In this document: one piece after another, positions 10,479 to 23,039 of the stretch | Position numbering within the stretch: the stretch's first letter is position 1 | How the letters are laid out: every line of letters begins with the position of its first letter | Assembly: GCF_006345805.1 (NCBI RefSeq) | Contig: NW_021836224.1 | Coordinates: forward strand, 1-24,926 | From: Octopus sinensis | Lineage: Eukaryota | Direction of reading: 5' to 3' | DNA length: 24,926 nucleotides | Program-made: the position numbers and the translations under genes | Notes under the pieces: generated by a model | Told to the model about the DNA's origin: nothing | The model's database searches: none | The model's input: only the letters and a program-made list of their open reading frames with translations

Positions 10479-10965
10479 TAACTTTTAAAAATGTTTGATA
10501 GATTGCGGTTAATTCATTCTCTCTACCTGTTTTGTGTCAGCCTTCCAATTGCTGTTTTTACTGAGATCTCCCTTTCTAGTAGAAGAAATAGCTATAACCC
10601 TTGACTGCTATTTCTAAATTCGGTATGTGGTAGGCAACTCGTTGCTGAACCCTTATTGCTTAGTATTACTTAATTTCCTCAAATGAGGCTTTTACAGCCG
10701 AAGACTACTGGTGTAATTGATAATTATTCCAAATTAATTAATTTCACCCTTCATTATTACGGATAACCATATTTTATCTCAGTATATGACTACAGCATCT
10801 TGTTTTGGCTACACGCGGGTGGGAAGGGGCTGTTGACACAACGTTTCATTCACAAATTTGAATTCGGTGATACTAGTTGAGGATCTAGCTCGCTCTGATA
10901 CTGAGTTGAGTTGGTACCTCCTAGTATCTCAAAATTCAATATAAATCATGTTATGATTATAGTAT

Positions 10966-11069
10966 TCCACGCTGAAGAAAAAGAAGTTCGGTAAGATAGA
11001 TTATTTAATATTTAATATTTTTAATCTTATGCTTTCCTAAAACTTGATTTCGAAACGTACGTCCGTGGA
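10966..11069 (+). ncRNA. type I hammerhead ribozyme, unit 3 (helix II closing G missing as assembled; site after C11063)
   Basis: CTGAAGA 10972-10978 intact, next G absent; GAAACGTACGTC 11052-11063. Confidence 0.7.
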
Positions 11070-11551
11070 TAACTTTTAAAAATGTTGATAGATTGCGGTT
11101 AATTCATTCTCTCTACTTACTGTTTGTGTCACCTTCCAATTGCTGTTTTTACTGAGATCTCCCTTCTAGTAGAAGAAATAGCTATAACCCTTTGACTGCT
11201 ATTCTAATTCGGTATGTGGTAAGGCAACTCGTTGCTGAACCCTTATTGCTTAGTATTACTTAAATTTCCTCAAATGAGGCTTTACATGCCGAAGACTACT
11301 GGTGTAATGATAATTATTCCAAATTAATTAATTTCACCCTTCATTATTACGGATAACCATATTTTATCTCAGTAGATGACTACAGCATCTTGTTTGGCTC
11401 ACGCGGTGGGAAGGGGCTGTTGACACAATCGTTTCATTCACAAATTTGAATTCGGTGATACTAGTTGAGGATTCTAGCTCGCTCTGATACTGAGTTGAGT
11501 TTGGTACCTCCTAGTATCTCAAATTCATATATAATCAGTATTATTATATAT

Positions 11552-11656
11552 TCCACGCTGAAGAGAAGAAGTTTCGGTAAGATAGAATTATTTAATATTT
11601 AATATTTTAATTCTTATGCTTTCCTAAAACTTGATTTCGAAACGTACGTCCGTGGA
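11552..11656 (+). ncRNA. type I hammerhead ribozyme, unit 4 (intact core; site after C11650)
   Basis: CTGAAGA 11558-11564, G11565, GAAACGTACGTC 11639-11650, CGTGGA. Confidence 0.8.
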
Positions 11657-12140
11657 TAATTTTAAAAATGTTTGATAGATTGCGTTAATTCATTCCTCTT
11701 ACCTGTTTTGTCAGCCTTCCAATTGCTGTTTTTACTGAGATCTCCCTTTCTAGTAGAAGAAATAGCTATAACCCTTTGACTGCTATTTCTAAATTCGGTA
11801 TGTGGTAAGGCAACTCGTTGCTGAACCCTTATTGCTTAGTTTACTAAATTTTTCCTCAAATGGGCTTTACATGCCGAAGACTACTTGGTGTAATTGATAA
11901 TTTATTCCAATTAATAATTTCACCCTTCATTATTACGCGATAACCATATTTATCTCAGTAGATGACTACAGCATCTTGTTTGGCTACACGCGGGTGGGAA
12001 GGGGCTGTTGACACAATCGTTTCATTCACAAATTTGAATTCGGTGATACTAGTTGAGGATTCTAGCTCGCTCTGATACTGAGTTGATTGGTACCTCCTAG
12101 TATCTCAAAATTCAATATATAATCATTTATGATTATAGTA

Positions 12141-12248
12141 TCCACGCTGAAGAGAAAAGAAGTTTCGGTAAGATAGAATGATTTTAATATTTAATATTTT
12201 AATTCTTATGCTTTCCTAAAACTTGATTTCGAAACGTACGTCCGTGGA
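12141..12248 (+). ncRNA. type I hammerhead ribozyme, unit 5 (intact core; site after C12242)
   Basis: CTGAAGA 12147-12153, G12154, GAAACGTACGTC 12231-12242, CGTGGA. Confidence 0.85.
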
Positions 12249-12435
12249 TAACTTTTAAAAATGTTTGATAGATGCGCGTTAATTCATTCTCTCTTACCTG
12301 TTTGTGTCAGCCTTCCAATTGCTGTTTTTACTGATCTCCCTTTCTAGTAGAAGAAATAGCTATAACCCTTTGACTGCTATTTCTAAATTCGGTATGTGGT
12401 AAGGCAACTCGTTGCTGAACCTTATTGCTTAGTAT

Positions 12436-12885
12436 AATATATATATATATATATAATTATATATATATATATACATATACATATACATATATATATACAT
12501 ATATATATATATATGTATATTTATATATATATACATATGTACATACAAAGACACATATATATATATATGAATACATGCATATATGCACACAAACACACAC
12601 ACACACACACTTATATATATACATGCACACATGCCAACATACGTGCATACAAACGCGCATACACGTACGTACACAGACATGCATTGAAATACATACATAC
12701 AACCACATATACATACTGACATATACATACATGCATATATACATACAGAAACACGATACATTCACACATACATGCACAGATTCATACATACATGCATACA
12801 TGCATACAACATGCATACATACATTCATAGAAACATATTTATATGCATACATACATATATAAACGTACATGTGTACATACATCGC
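12436..12885 (+). repeat. TA/CA-rich degenerate microsatellite tract
   Basis: Directly visible. Confidence 0.9.
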
Positions 12886-13274
12886 ACAAAGTGTTTAATC
12901 GACTCTATATAACAGTGTATGAGAGAGGGGGTAGAGCGAGAAAGAGAGAAAGTGAGAAAGATAGATAGTGGGCGAGAGAGAGAGAAAGAGATTGGTGGGA
13001 GCTAGTATATTACATTAAGTAATTACCTCCATGCTGATTATAACCACTTATCTGTAGCCACACCCAGTTTCCAGGAGATTCCTGCTTTGATGCCTCATTA
13101 TGGATATATATATTCGGGGCTATTCCAAGCTCCTTTCATCCACAAATTGTAAATAACGCTAGAAATAGGCAAAACTGTATCAAATACGGATTGTGTTGTT
13201 CACAAACTTTTATCTCTGACGTGTGCTACCTTCAGGTTTTCTTCACGTATGTCCGTACACATACGCGTATACAT

Positions 13275-13400
13275 ATATGTGTGTGTGTATGTATGTATGT
13301 ATTTATGTATGTATGTATGTATGTATGTATGTATGTATGGATGGATGGATGGATGGATGGATGATGGATGGATGGATGCATGCATGCATGCATACATATA
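13275..13400 (+). repeat. compound (TATG)n-(GATG)n-(CATG)n microsatellite
   Basis: Directly visible. Confidence 0.9.
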
Positions 13401-14328
13401 CAAGTGGGTGCTAGCTTAAGTGTATCGCAAATTTTACAGGACCCAGAAAAACCGAAGGACCGTTGTAATTCGTGTATGAATCTGAGAAGGGGAATATGTT
13501 GAATAAAATCATAATTATATGATCCTCCTGTATTTTCTTTTACTCAAAGACAGGGACATTTCAGCACCCCCTCGTGTGTATGTGTGTGTGTTTAAGAGAG
13601 AAAGTGAAAGAGACAGTGAGTGGTGACGGCGTTCGTTTTGTTTTTAAATGTTTATCACATCACAAGACAAGTAGATACATAGGTACATATACACATTTTT
13701 AAATCCAAAGTAGGAGAGAAGAGGGACACAAAGGAAATGAAAGTGAAAGAAAGTGAGAGAGGCAGTAAAAACATAAATCCAAAGAAAAGTTGTCAAGCAA
13801 TGGTGGTGGTACATACACAAAGCAAATATTGGATGTAAGTTTCTCTTTTCGTTACCGCACGAGGATAAAATTTACTCACACACACTTGAGTATTCCACAG
13901 ACATGCATAACACTAACGTAGTTCCCATGGAGATTCAGCCTCTCACAGAATATGGAAAGGCTGGCCCCTTTGAATTACAGCTACAACTCGAGACATATAT
14001 ATATATATAATATATTATATATTATATATTACTATATGAACGTATTTGTGTGTGTGTATAGTTTAGGTTAGTTAAAACATGTTTACAATAAGTGTCGCGT
14101 GGTGGAAATAAACGCAATTATCATACTTTCATTCATAAATTCATTTATTATTTCATTCCTTTGCATTTCAATTTGTACATTAAGATTCTTTGAATATGTA
14201 CGATATATTTTAAAGTTAAATAGTAAGTCCGTTTACGTTTGTGTAACTGAGATATTTTGATTGGATTACATAGTCATTGGTATTACATTACTTTCTGTAT
14301 TCTGTAACTGTCACAATATACTTTTTGG

Positions 14329-14467
14329 GGCCTGAAATTTTTGTCGAGAGGGGGCCAGTTGATTAGACTGACCCCAGTAAACAACTGATACTTAATTTTC
14401 AACCCCGAAAGGACGAAATGCAAAGTCGACCTCGGCAGAATTTGAACTCAGAACGTAAAGACAGACG
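14329..14467 (-). mobile_element. tRNA-derived SINE family B fragment (MetaSINE-like core)
   Basis: Minus strand reads CGTTCTGAGTTCAAATTCTGCCGAGGTCGACTTTGCATTTCGTCCTTTCGGGGTTGAAAATTAAGTATCAG, containing a B-box GTTCAAAT. Confidence 0.75.
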
Positions 14468-14695
14468 GTCATAATATACAAGCATTTCTCATGGCACCAG
14501 TACACTGTTTACAGATGCTTACATTTTTTATGTTTTCCATAAATTTTTCACGGGTCCAGCTAGTTAAATATTACTATGACTCTACAAGCCTTATTTAGAT
14601 CTTCCATTCAGTACATGTTTAGCCTGTTTAACAAGCAGTTATACTTACATGAATGTGCATGTATATATAAATAAAGACACGCATATATGTATATA

Positions 14696-15254
14696 TTGGG
14701 TTGTCCGGAAAGTTTATACCGATTTATAGTAGCTCCATTTATTTTAGAACATGGTTGAGTCCATAAAATAGGATTTGACTACACTTCCATTTAGAACACA
14801 GTTTAAGCTATCTTTTCGTGGAAAAAGATTTATGTTCCTACAAACTGTGTTAATTCTGTAACCCTTTAAAATGGAAGATAAGAAAGTTCATTTTCGGCAC
14901 TTGATGCTTTAGGAACCAGACGAAAAGTGCTGCAGCTTGGCTGGGATGTGTTATCCCACTTTCCATATTCATTAGATATTGCTCCTTCGGATTTCTACTT
15001 ATTCAGGTCTCTGCAGAATAGTCTTAATGGTAAAAATTTCAATTCCTTGGATGACGTAAAAAGATACCTTGATGAATTATTTGCTATGAAACAGTCTCAA
15101 TTCTGTGAAGAGGGTATTTTCAAGTTAAAGGAAAGATGGAGACGTATTGTGCAACAAAATGTTTAATATTTGGTTGATTAAAAATGTAATGGCAAGTATT
15201 TATTGACCATTTTCTTTCCTTTAAAAATCGGCACGAACTTCCCGGACAACCCAA
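14696..15254 (+). mobile_element. internally deleted mariner (D,D34D-type) DNA transposon with intact ends
   Basis: 30-bp TIRs, 26/30 identical (14696-14725, 15225-15254), TA on both sides; N-terminal MEDKKVHFRHLML from ATG 14871 joined near 14910-14915 to the C-terminal transposase. Confidence 0.92.
14927..15166 (+). pseudogene. mariner transposase C-terminal fragment
   Basis: LGWDVLSHFPYSLDIAPSDFYLFRSLQNSLNGKNF matches the mariner HPPYSPDLAPSDYHLF motif that holds the third catalytic Asp. Confidence 0.9.
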
Positions 15255-15804
15255 TACATATATATGATATTATATCTATCTATCGCACACTCATATATGT
15301 ATACACGAGCAGAAAATGGACATTCTTTGCCGATGACCAACCAATTCGTCCCGTTTATTTTTAAAAGCGTAAATTCATTTCACCATAATCGGTAATTTGC
15401 AAAAGATTAAGCTCACAAATGTCATTAAGAAGGTGAATTTTTCTCCTGTATTTTAATTAGAGGCCGTAGAAAAGACGAGTCTTAATTTTGTTTGCTAATT
15501 ATCCTAATTTGCTTCAACGTGACCTGTAATTATATTCGTGCACGAATTGTTCATCCTATTTTTCATGCAAGAAAAATGTTGCTTGTGATTGGCGGACGTA
15601 TATATTTTTTGTGTCGATTTTGGTTGGGTATGCTCATTAGTTAAAAAAGTATCTGAAATAAAAAGAAAAAAAAGGGTAAAGGAAGTAAGAGATTATGGAA
15701 ACTATTTTCTTGTTCATCCGACAAATTCGCCTGGAGCGAATGCGAGTGATTGTTAATACTTTTTTAAGCGGCTGGAATGCTTTGCATGGCTGAGACTTGT
15801 AATG

Positions 15805-15880
15805 TTGCATTGTTAAGACGTTCGCTTTGCTACTATGTAAATGCAGGTTCAATCCCATTAAACGGCACTTTGTACGAGTA
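15805..15880 (+). mobile_element. degenerate SINE tRNA-like head
   Basis: GTTAAGACGTTCGCTTT...GGTTCAATCCCA...GGCACTTTG resembles the family A head. Confidence 0.45.
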
Positions 15881-15883
15881 TGC

Positions 15884-15960
15884 CAGAGGTTCTCAACCAT
15901 TTTTTAAACCTGTGGACTCCTTTGATTCCTATTTGACGCGGGGCTGGCGATCCTCAAAGC
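15884..15960 (+). mobile_element. possible hAT/Charlie-like terminal fragment
   Basis: Begins CAGAGGTTCTCAACC, similar to CAG(T/G)GGTTCTCAACC hAT termini; no partner end seen. Confidence 0.3.
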
Positions 15961-15989
15961 CAATCGAGCTTTAAAGACTTCTGATATAT

Positions 15990-16143
15990 TCTTTTATTTC
16001 TTTTATTTGTTTCAGTCATTTGATTGCGGCCATACTGGAGCACCACCTCAAGTCGAACAAATGAACCCCAGGTCTTATTCTTTGTAAGCCTAGTACTTAT
16101 TTCATCGTTCTCTTTTGCGATGATGGGAGAACAAACACACACA

Positions 16144-16145
<2 letters not shown>
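15990..16145 (-). mobile_element. SINE family A 3' fragment with internal deletion
   Basis: TTCAGTCATTTGATTGCGGCCATACTGGAGCACC...TTTGTAAGCCTAGTACTTATT matches 5953-6050. Confidence 0.8.
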
Positions 16146-16217
<72 letters not shown>

Positions 16218-16699
16218 AATAAAATAATATAGCGTAGCGAATTTTTAGAAATTTCACTACCAGTGGCCTAGCATGTATAAAAAGTCATTAGACAACATAT
16301 TTTCCATATAGCCTTACATGCTAGAAGGAGCAGTCAAGGCGTCTAAAACCACATTTAAGAGCAATTTTGAAGGGAATGCTCATAACAGCAAAGATTTCCC
16401 TCATTGTCATAAAGTAAAAATCTTCTTAAAATCTTTTATTTGTTCATCAAAAATCCTGTTTTTATCAATTGAATAATTTTTCCTCCTTTTCTTCCTCTCT
16501 GGACTGTTTCCTGTTTCCAACGCAGAGCCATGCCCGAATCTTCAATCCCACTTCTATCTTTCCATCTAAAAACTTCCACTGAGCATCATTGTAATATATT
16601 CCTCGTGTACGTTCCTCGTGTTTATATATGAAACCAAAAGGAAGATTTACACATCCTTGAAATTTATTTAATTCAAATCATTGTTTTGCATATGTTTGC

Positions 16700-16792
16700 G
16701 ATAATAGAAGACGCACGCCCAAGGTGCCACGCAATGGGACCGATCCTGGAGCCATGCGATTGGGAAGTAAACTTCTTACCACTCAGCTACGC
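16700..16792 (-). mobile_element. SINE family A head/CORE fragment
   Basis: TAGAAGAC.C..GCCCAAGGTGCCACGCA...CTTCTTACCAC.CAGC matches 2851-2933. Confidence 0.7.
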
Positions 16793-16867
16793 TTTTTGCC
16801 TGTATCTATATTATATAACTACACATACATACTTACATGCATATATATATATTTCTATTCACACACG

Positions 16868-16901
<34 letters not shown>

Positions 16902-17309
16902 TATATATAATACATATATAACTATATATATATCACGTGTTTACATAAATATATGCATAAGTATATGCCAAGTCCACTTAGGTTAGTCACCCTATTTAAT
17001 TTGAACCTCTTCCCTAAAATATATGTAATAAAACTAAGCATATATATCTCTATTATTTCTTCCATAAACTTTTTTGTATGTTTGATTTATTGAAAATGTT
17101 TCATAAATTTTACTCATATAATAATATTTTACGATCGTTACCCTCTTCTAAACTGAAAAAAAAATTGAATAACAAACGACGTTGTAAAACCTTAAGTAGG
17201 AAACTAAATCTTCGTCTGTAGTATTGCAGGCACTAATAATACTTTAATAATGCTGTTTAATAGTAATAAAACGTTTATGAGATGGAAATTTCAATGTGGG
17301 GCATATAGA

Positions 17310-17542
17310 TACTGCATATATATATTGTATATATGTATATATGTATATATATATATATAATAATATATATATATGTATAATATAATATATGTATATGTAT
17401 ATGTATATGTATATATATACAAATATATAGGTATGTATATATATATATATAAATGTATATAAATATATATATGTATATGTATATAATAGTATAACATACA
17501 TATATATGTATATATTATATATGTATATATATATGTATGTAT

Positions 17543-17607
<65 letters not shown>

Positions 17608-17610
17608 TGT
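17310..17610 (+). repeat. (TA)n/(TATG)n tract
   Basis: Directly visible. Confidence 0.9.
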
Positions 17611-18239
17611 GAATTTACAGATAAATCTTAGAGACGTCATCTGGAGCATGGACCATTGCGCAGCTATTTATTCAGCTAGGATAACTCTTAAATAGTTTAA
17701 TATATCAATATTTATTCAGTCAAGCAAAAAATAAAAAAAAGCTAAAATAGTAGGGAAAAGAAGGGAAAAAAATAAAAAAACGAAAAAAAAAAGGAATTGT
17801 ATGCTTTGTGTGCATATCCAGTAGTAATGGGGGAACGTTCCCTCATAAACTTCATGGATCCAAACACAAATGCTATGTAGATATAGAAATGACGGGTCGA
17901 GTCAGAAGCCAGGGGTCATCTTGCTTGAAGAGAAGCTCATTTATACATACATACATACCTACATTTATATATATAGGCATATATGTATATATATGCCTAT
18001 ATATATGCTTTTATATATATGCATTTATATATATGCATATATCTGCGTACATGCATATATATATACATATACATACATATATATATATATAATGTGTGTG
18101 TGTGTGTACATACTATATCATACATACATACATATATATATAATATATATATATGTGTATGTCTTATATATTATATATATATTATATATATATATTGTAT
18201 GTATATATATATATATATATATATAGATATATACATATA

Positions 18240-18813
18240 CAGGGTGTTTCAAATGTCTGATATCATTTGAGATGTAAATCTCACAGAAGCTACATAGTCG
18301 AAGCAAATGAAACTAAACAGACTTCATGTTGAGTAACATAACATTTATTCCTCCAAATGTGAATGAGAAATTCAAAGGTATGTGAATTCCATGAACGATT
18401 TCGCATTGTCTGCGCTTTCAGCTGTCGTCTGCTGTTATGACCTGAACGGGCTGCAGCTTGTAGGTTTTCATTAGCAAGCGTTTGCTCAGGGCACGCCAAA
18501 TTGTCTTTGGAGGAATCTGAGTTTCAAGACCTGTTCTTCTTATGGACTTCTTGGGGCTTCGCAAGAGTTTTTGATGAACCCACCCGACCGTCTCTTCTAA
18601 TGCTAGTGGTCGTCCAGATCCTCTTTCCTTGCACAAACAGCCTTCCTTTTGGATATTTTGTGCCATGTCCAAATCTGCATTGCCGTTGGTGAATTTTTAG
18701 AGAAATCTCTCACAAATGCACGCTGCACATATAAACATATTTAGAAACATATAAAATATTAAACTTTAAAATTTTACCTGTTTCTACACATGCTGTGAAA
18801 ATTTGAAGCCATT
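18240..18813 (-). mobile_element. internally deleted Tc1/mariner-superfamily element, transposase N-terminal HTH (DUF4817-like) remnant
   Basis: TA-CAGGGTGTTTCAAATG end at 18238-18255; partial partner CATTTGAACA near 18804-18813. Minus-strand translation across a frameshift: VQRAFVRDFSKNSPTAMQIWTWHKI/QKEGCLCKERGSGRP...RSPKKSIRRTGLETQIPPKTIWRALSKRLLMKTYKLQ. Confidence 0.8.
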
Positions 18814-19161
18814 TGAACAAGAACTTGCAAAGTTAATAATTGCAAAATGGGGAATGGCCAGGTTGCAATCGTGCCTGATGGAAAGTGGCCCCCTGCGCAT
18901 TAGAATACATATTTGGGTGCACATGTTAGTATCTAAGGGGCCCATCATTTCAAGTTTGAGAATTTTTTATTCACTCCTGGAAGAATGCATGAATTATTTC
19001 AGCCTGGGTGTGTTTGTAGACAATTGAAAAGAATACTTTTAACAAAAGAAAAAAAAAACTAATTAAAAGTATTGTAGTTGCGGGTGGGCCCCCTTGTAAT
19101 AGCATCCTGGCAACCAATAGTTTTAGGCCAGTCTGCCACTGTATATATGTATATATATATA

Positions 19162-19204
<43 letters not shown>

Positions 19205-19205
<1 letters not shown>

Positions 19206-19356
19206 AAATAATATGTTACGTTACTCGATAGTCAAGATAAAACTCTGAGTTTCAGATGCCGAAGTGGGAATCCACGCCACCATCTCTTCGGTTTATCTGG
19301 CTATTTGAAACTCAGAGTTTTATCTTGACTATCGAGTAATGTTAACATATTATTTT
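19205..19356. mobile_element. ~150-bp MITE-like foldback element
   Basis: Perfect 34-bp IR 19221-19254 / 19306-19339 plus an outer 14-bp IR 19205-19218 / 19343-19356. Confidence 0.75.
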
Positions 19357-19544
19357 ATAGATAAATTTCCTCTATTTACACAATATTGCGGTCTCTTTCT
19401 TTCTTTTGTTATCTTACCGCTTTACCAATATAATATATATATATATATATTATATATATATAATATAATATATATATATATATGTAATGTGGTATTATAT
19501 ATATATGTATGTATTATAATAAATGTTTTTGTATATATATATAG

Positions 19545-20410
19545 TGTGTGTGTGTATATATATACTTATATATATATGTGGTGTGCGTGCACGGAAGTTT
19601 ATTTTTCATTCTCTCTCTGTATATTTTCTCTTGTTTGTTTCTGTTGAACAGCGTCGGCTCGAAACATGGCAGACTTTTTCTTATTCCTGAGCGTCAAACT
19701 AATACACTTGCTTGTTGTTCATATACCTTTCTTCGTTTTTTTGCTTTTCTATAAATTTCAATTATATTATATGAAGAGAGAAAGAGAGAGAGAGAGAGAG
19801 AAATACATAAGTAGAGAAAGAGAGAGAGAAAATGAATGTGCGTATATGCATATACCATATTATACCAGTGTAGATATACATGGGTCTGCTATCGTTAGTC
19901 TTAAACAAAAATAAAAAACTAAACACAATGCAGGAACGTTATGAAGGGAACGGGTATATATATATATATATATATATATAATGCAGGAACGTTATGAAGG
20001 GAACGGGTATATATATATATATATAATATATATATAATATATATACCCGTTCCCTCATAACGTTCCTGCATTGTGTTTAGTGTTTTTATTTTTGTTTAAG
20101 ACTAACGATAGCAGACCCATGTATATCTCTCACTCTTTCTCTACTTATGTATTTCTCTCTCTCTCTCTTTCTCTCTTCATATAATATAATTGAAATTTAT
20201 AGAAAAGCAAAAAAACGAAGAAAGGTATATGAACAACAAGCAAGTGTATTAGTTTGACGCTCGGGAATAAGAAAAAGTCTGCCACGTTTCGAGCCGACGC
20301 TGTTCAACAGAAACAAACAAGAGAAAATATACAGAGAGAGAATGAAAAATAAACTTCCGTGCACGCACACACATATATATATATATGTATATATATACAC
20401 ACACACACAT
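19545..20410. repeat. long inverted duplication (palindrome) centred on (TA)n
   Basis: 19580-19954 is the reverse complement of about 20046-20375, except for a ~45-bp segment missing from the right arm and a few substitutions; a 27-bp direct copy of 19928-19954 lies at 19981-20007 in the spacer. Confidence 0.92.
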
Positions 20411-20666
20411 ATATATATATACAAACATTTATATATATACATACATATATATATAAATACACACATATATGTATATATAACAACATATATATGTACATAT
20501 GTATATTATTTATTTATGTATACGAGTGTGAGTGTGTCTGTGTTTATTACTGTGTTTGTGTTTGTACGTCTGTGTGTATGTGTGTGTCGGATACTGTCCC
20601 AGGATGGCCACACTCCGTGGTTGAACCAATATATATATATATATATAGAAAGAGAGAGAGAGAGAT

Positions 20667-20716
<50 letters not shown>

Positions 20717-21380
20717 ATATATACATGTGTGTATGTACATGTATATATATTCTATATTATGTGTATGTATATGTTATATGTGGCGTATGTACATTATCAC
20801 AAGATTAGGATTATTAATTATTAAGTACAATCCTCCTAAAATCACAAACATATTTCCTAGTGCATTATTTCCCTTTCCAATTATTAATACCTTTCTATTT
20901 CCAATATACTTCTAGCTGTTCCTACCAGCTTCTGTACCCCTCTATCACATGTCTTGATATCATATCAAATCACCTTACGTTATAATAACATTATCATAAC
21001 TTATTTCACACCATCCTCTCATATTATCTCACACCACGAAAATACTTTTCGCTTATCCTGCTTTATTCTGTTGTCTATAAAACTTATTTTGTTGTCTTGT
21101 ATTTTACCATGAGGAATGTTACTAGATTTTACTCTGGCTACTAATATTTTCTTGACGTATTGTGTATCATTTCGCACCATCTCATGCCTGGGTTTATATA
21201 GCTTTGGACAGCATATTTGATTATCTCACTTCATCTTTATTCCATTCCGTAATCTACACTGTTAATCCAGTTGGGATTATACCCTCGCAATCCAATCACG
21301 TTGGAAATCAAGACTATATTTCGGGGTACTTTTGGTCCGTTTCTTTCTTTCTCCTACATAGGAATCGTTTATTTTATGCA

Positions 21381-21415
<35 letters not shown>

Positions 21416-21635
21416 GCACACACACACACACACACGCACGCACACACACACACACACACACTTGTATATATAAATAAATATGTAAAGACATACAGGCATA
21501 TATCTCATGTATACATACATATATATATACACACACACACATATACATACATATACATACATAAGCGTACAAACATGCATATATATATATATATATATAT
21601 ACATTTACATATATGCATACATACATACATACTAA

Positions 21636-21704
<69 letters not shown>

Positions 21705-21974
21705 GTGTCTCTCTGCACTGACATAGACATACACAAAGACAGGCAAACACACATATACATGCACATATATATTGTTGCTTTTATGTTAACATGTCGTATA
21801 TCCAAATTTGGCCAAATGCGGTTTTTTTCCCAATATTTATTTTTGTTTGCAATAGCCGATATTGCAAGCAAAAATATACCTAACATTCCAGAAACAGCTG
21901 TAAGACTAACCCTCTGCTTATAAATGTCCTGAAAATTCCACACAGCCTTGGCTTTGTTGTCCCATTTAATTAAC

Positions 21975-22390
<416 letters not shown>

Positions 22391-23039
22391 GGAGAGAAGG
22401 AGAGATAAATGAGCCAAGAGAAGTGGCCAGTGGCAAGTATTTGAAGGACGTAGACAAATATAGGAATATGAAATATTATACAGCATCTAGATGTGTCACA
22501 ATGACTAAATGGTATTTAAGAACAGCTTTCTCGGAAGAAGGGGAGGTAATCTCAGGAATGAAGATTTCTCCAAACTTGACATGACACGTAGGAAAAAGAC
22601 AGGTTTAATGATATTTGTTGGCACGTATTTCTGTCCCTATGGTCATCATCAGCACGAAAAGATTACTACAATATCTTCAGTAGCCAAACCAAAGATATAG
22701 ATAAATGTATAAATATAAATAACCCATTAAAAGCGAAACTTGAAGTCTTAGTCAAACTTATATTACCAATGAAATTTACTCTACTAAATGTTCAGACAAA
22801 CGATAAGAGGCATAAGGAACGTATGTACGTGAAAAGTTGCGAATAAAATTTTTTCATGATGAATTAAGTCATATCTTAACAGCTGTTTCGAATAGACGAT
22901 GACTGTTTGATATAACAATGCAGCCCGTGAAATACTGAGACAATATTGGAAGTGTCTATGAAAGCAATATATCACCTGGTATGTACTTTGATAGCTCCAT
23001 CCAGGAGATTTACGACATTCTCTTCAGGGGATCTTCCGT

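Larger units (their letters stand above)
9668..12435 (+). repeat. tandem array of ~590-600 bp hammerhead-ribozyme-containing units (retrozyme / Penelope pLTR-like), ~4.7 copies
   Basis: GAATTCGGTGATACTAG at 9671, 10273, 10860, 11448, 12036; units differ mainly by small indels; flanked by (TA)n on both sides; no long ORF in the unit. Confidence 0.95.

Noticed and set aside
9668-12435. CRISPR array or coding (Penelope GIY-YIG) interpretation of the tandem array
   Set aside because: The whole unit repeats with no unique spacers, and hand translation of much of the unit showed frequent stops and no endonuclease motif.
16268-16324. 10-bp inverted repeat CTAGCATGTA/TACATGCTAG
   Set aside because: About what is expected by chance in 25 kb, with no supporting structure.
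18860-19141. Possible DNA transposon fragment with GGGGCCC motifs and a CAGTGGCAGACTGGCC end on the minus strand
   Set aside because: Only one candidate terminus, no partner TIR or TSD visible.
22880-22985. AG...CTG/GTATGT exon-like segment
   Set aside because: Stop codons in all three frames.
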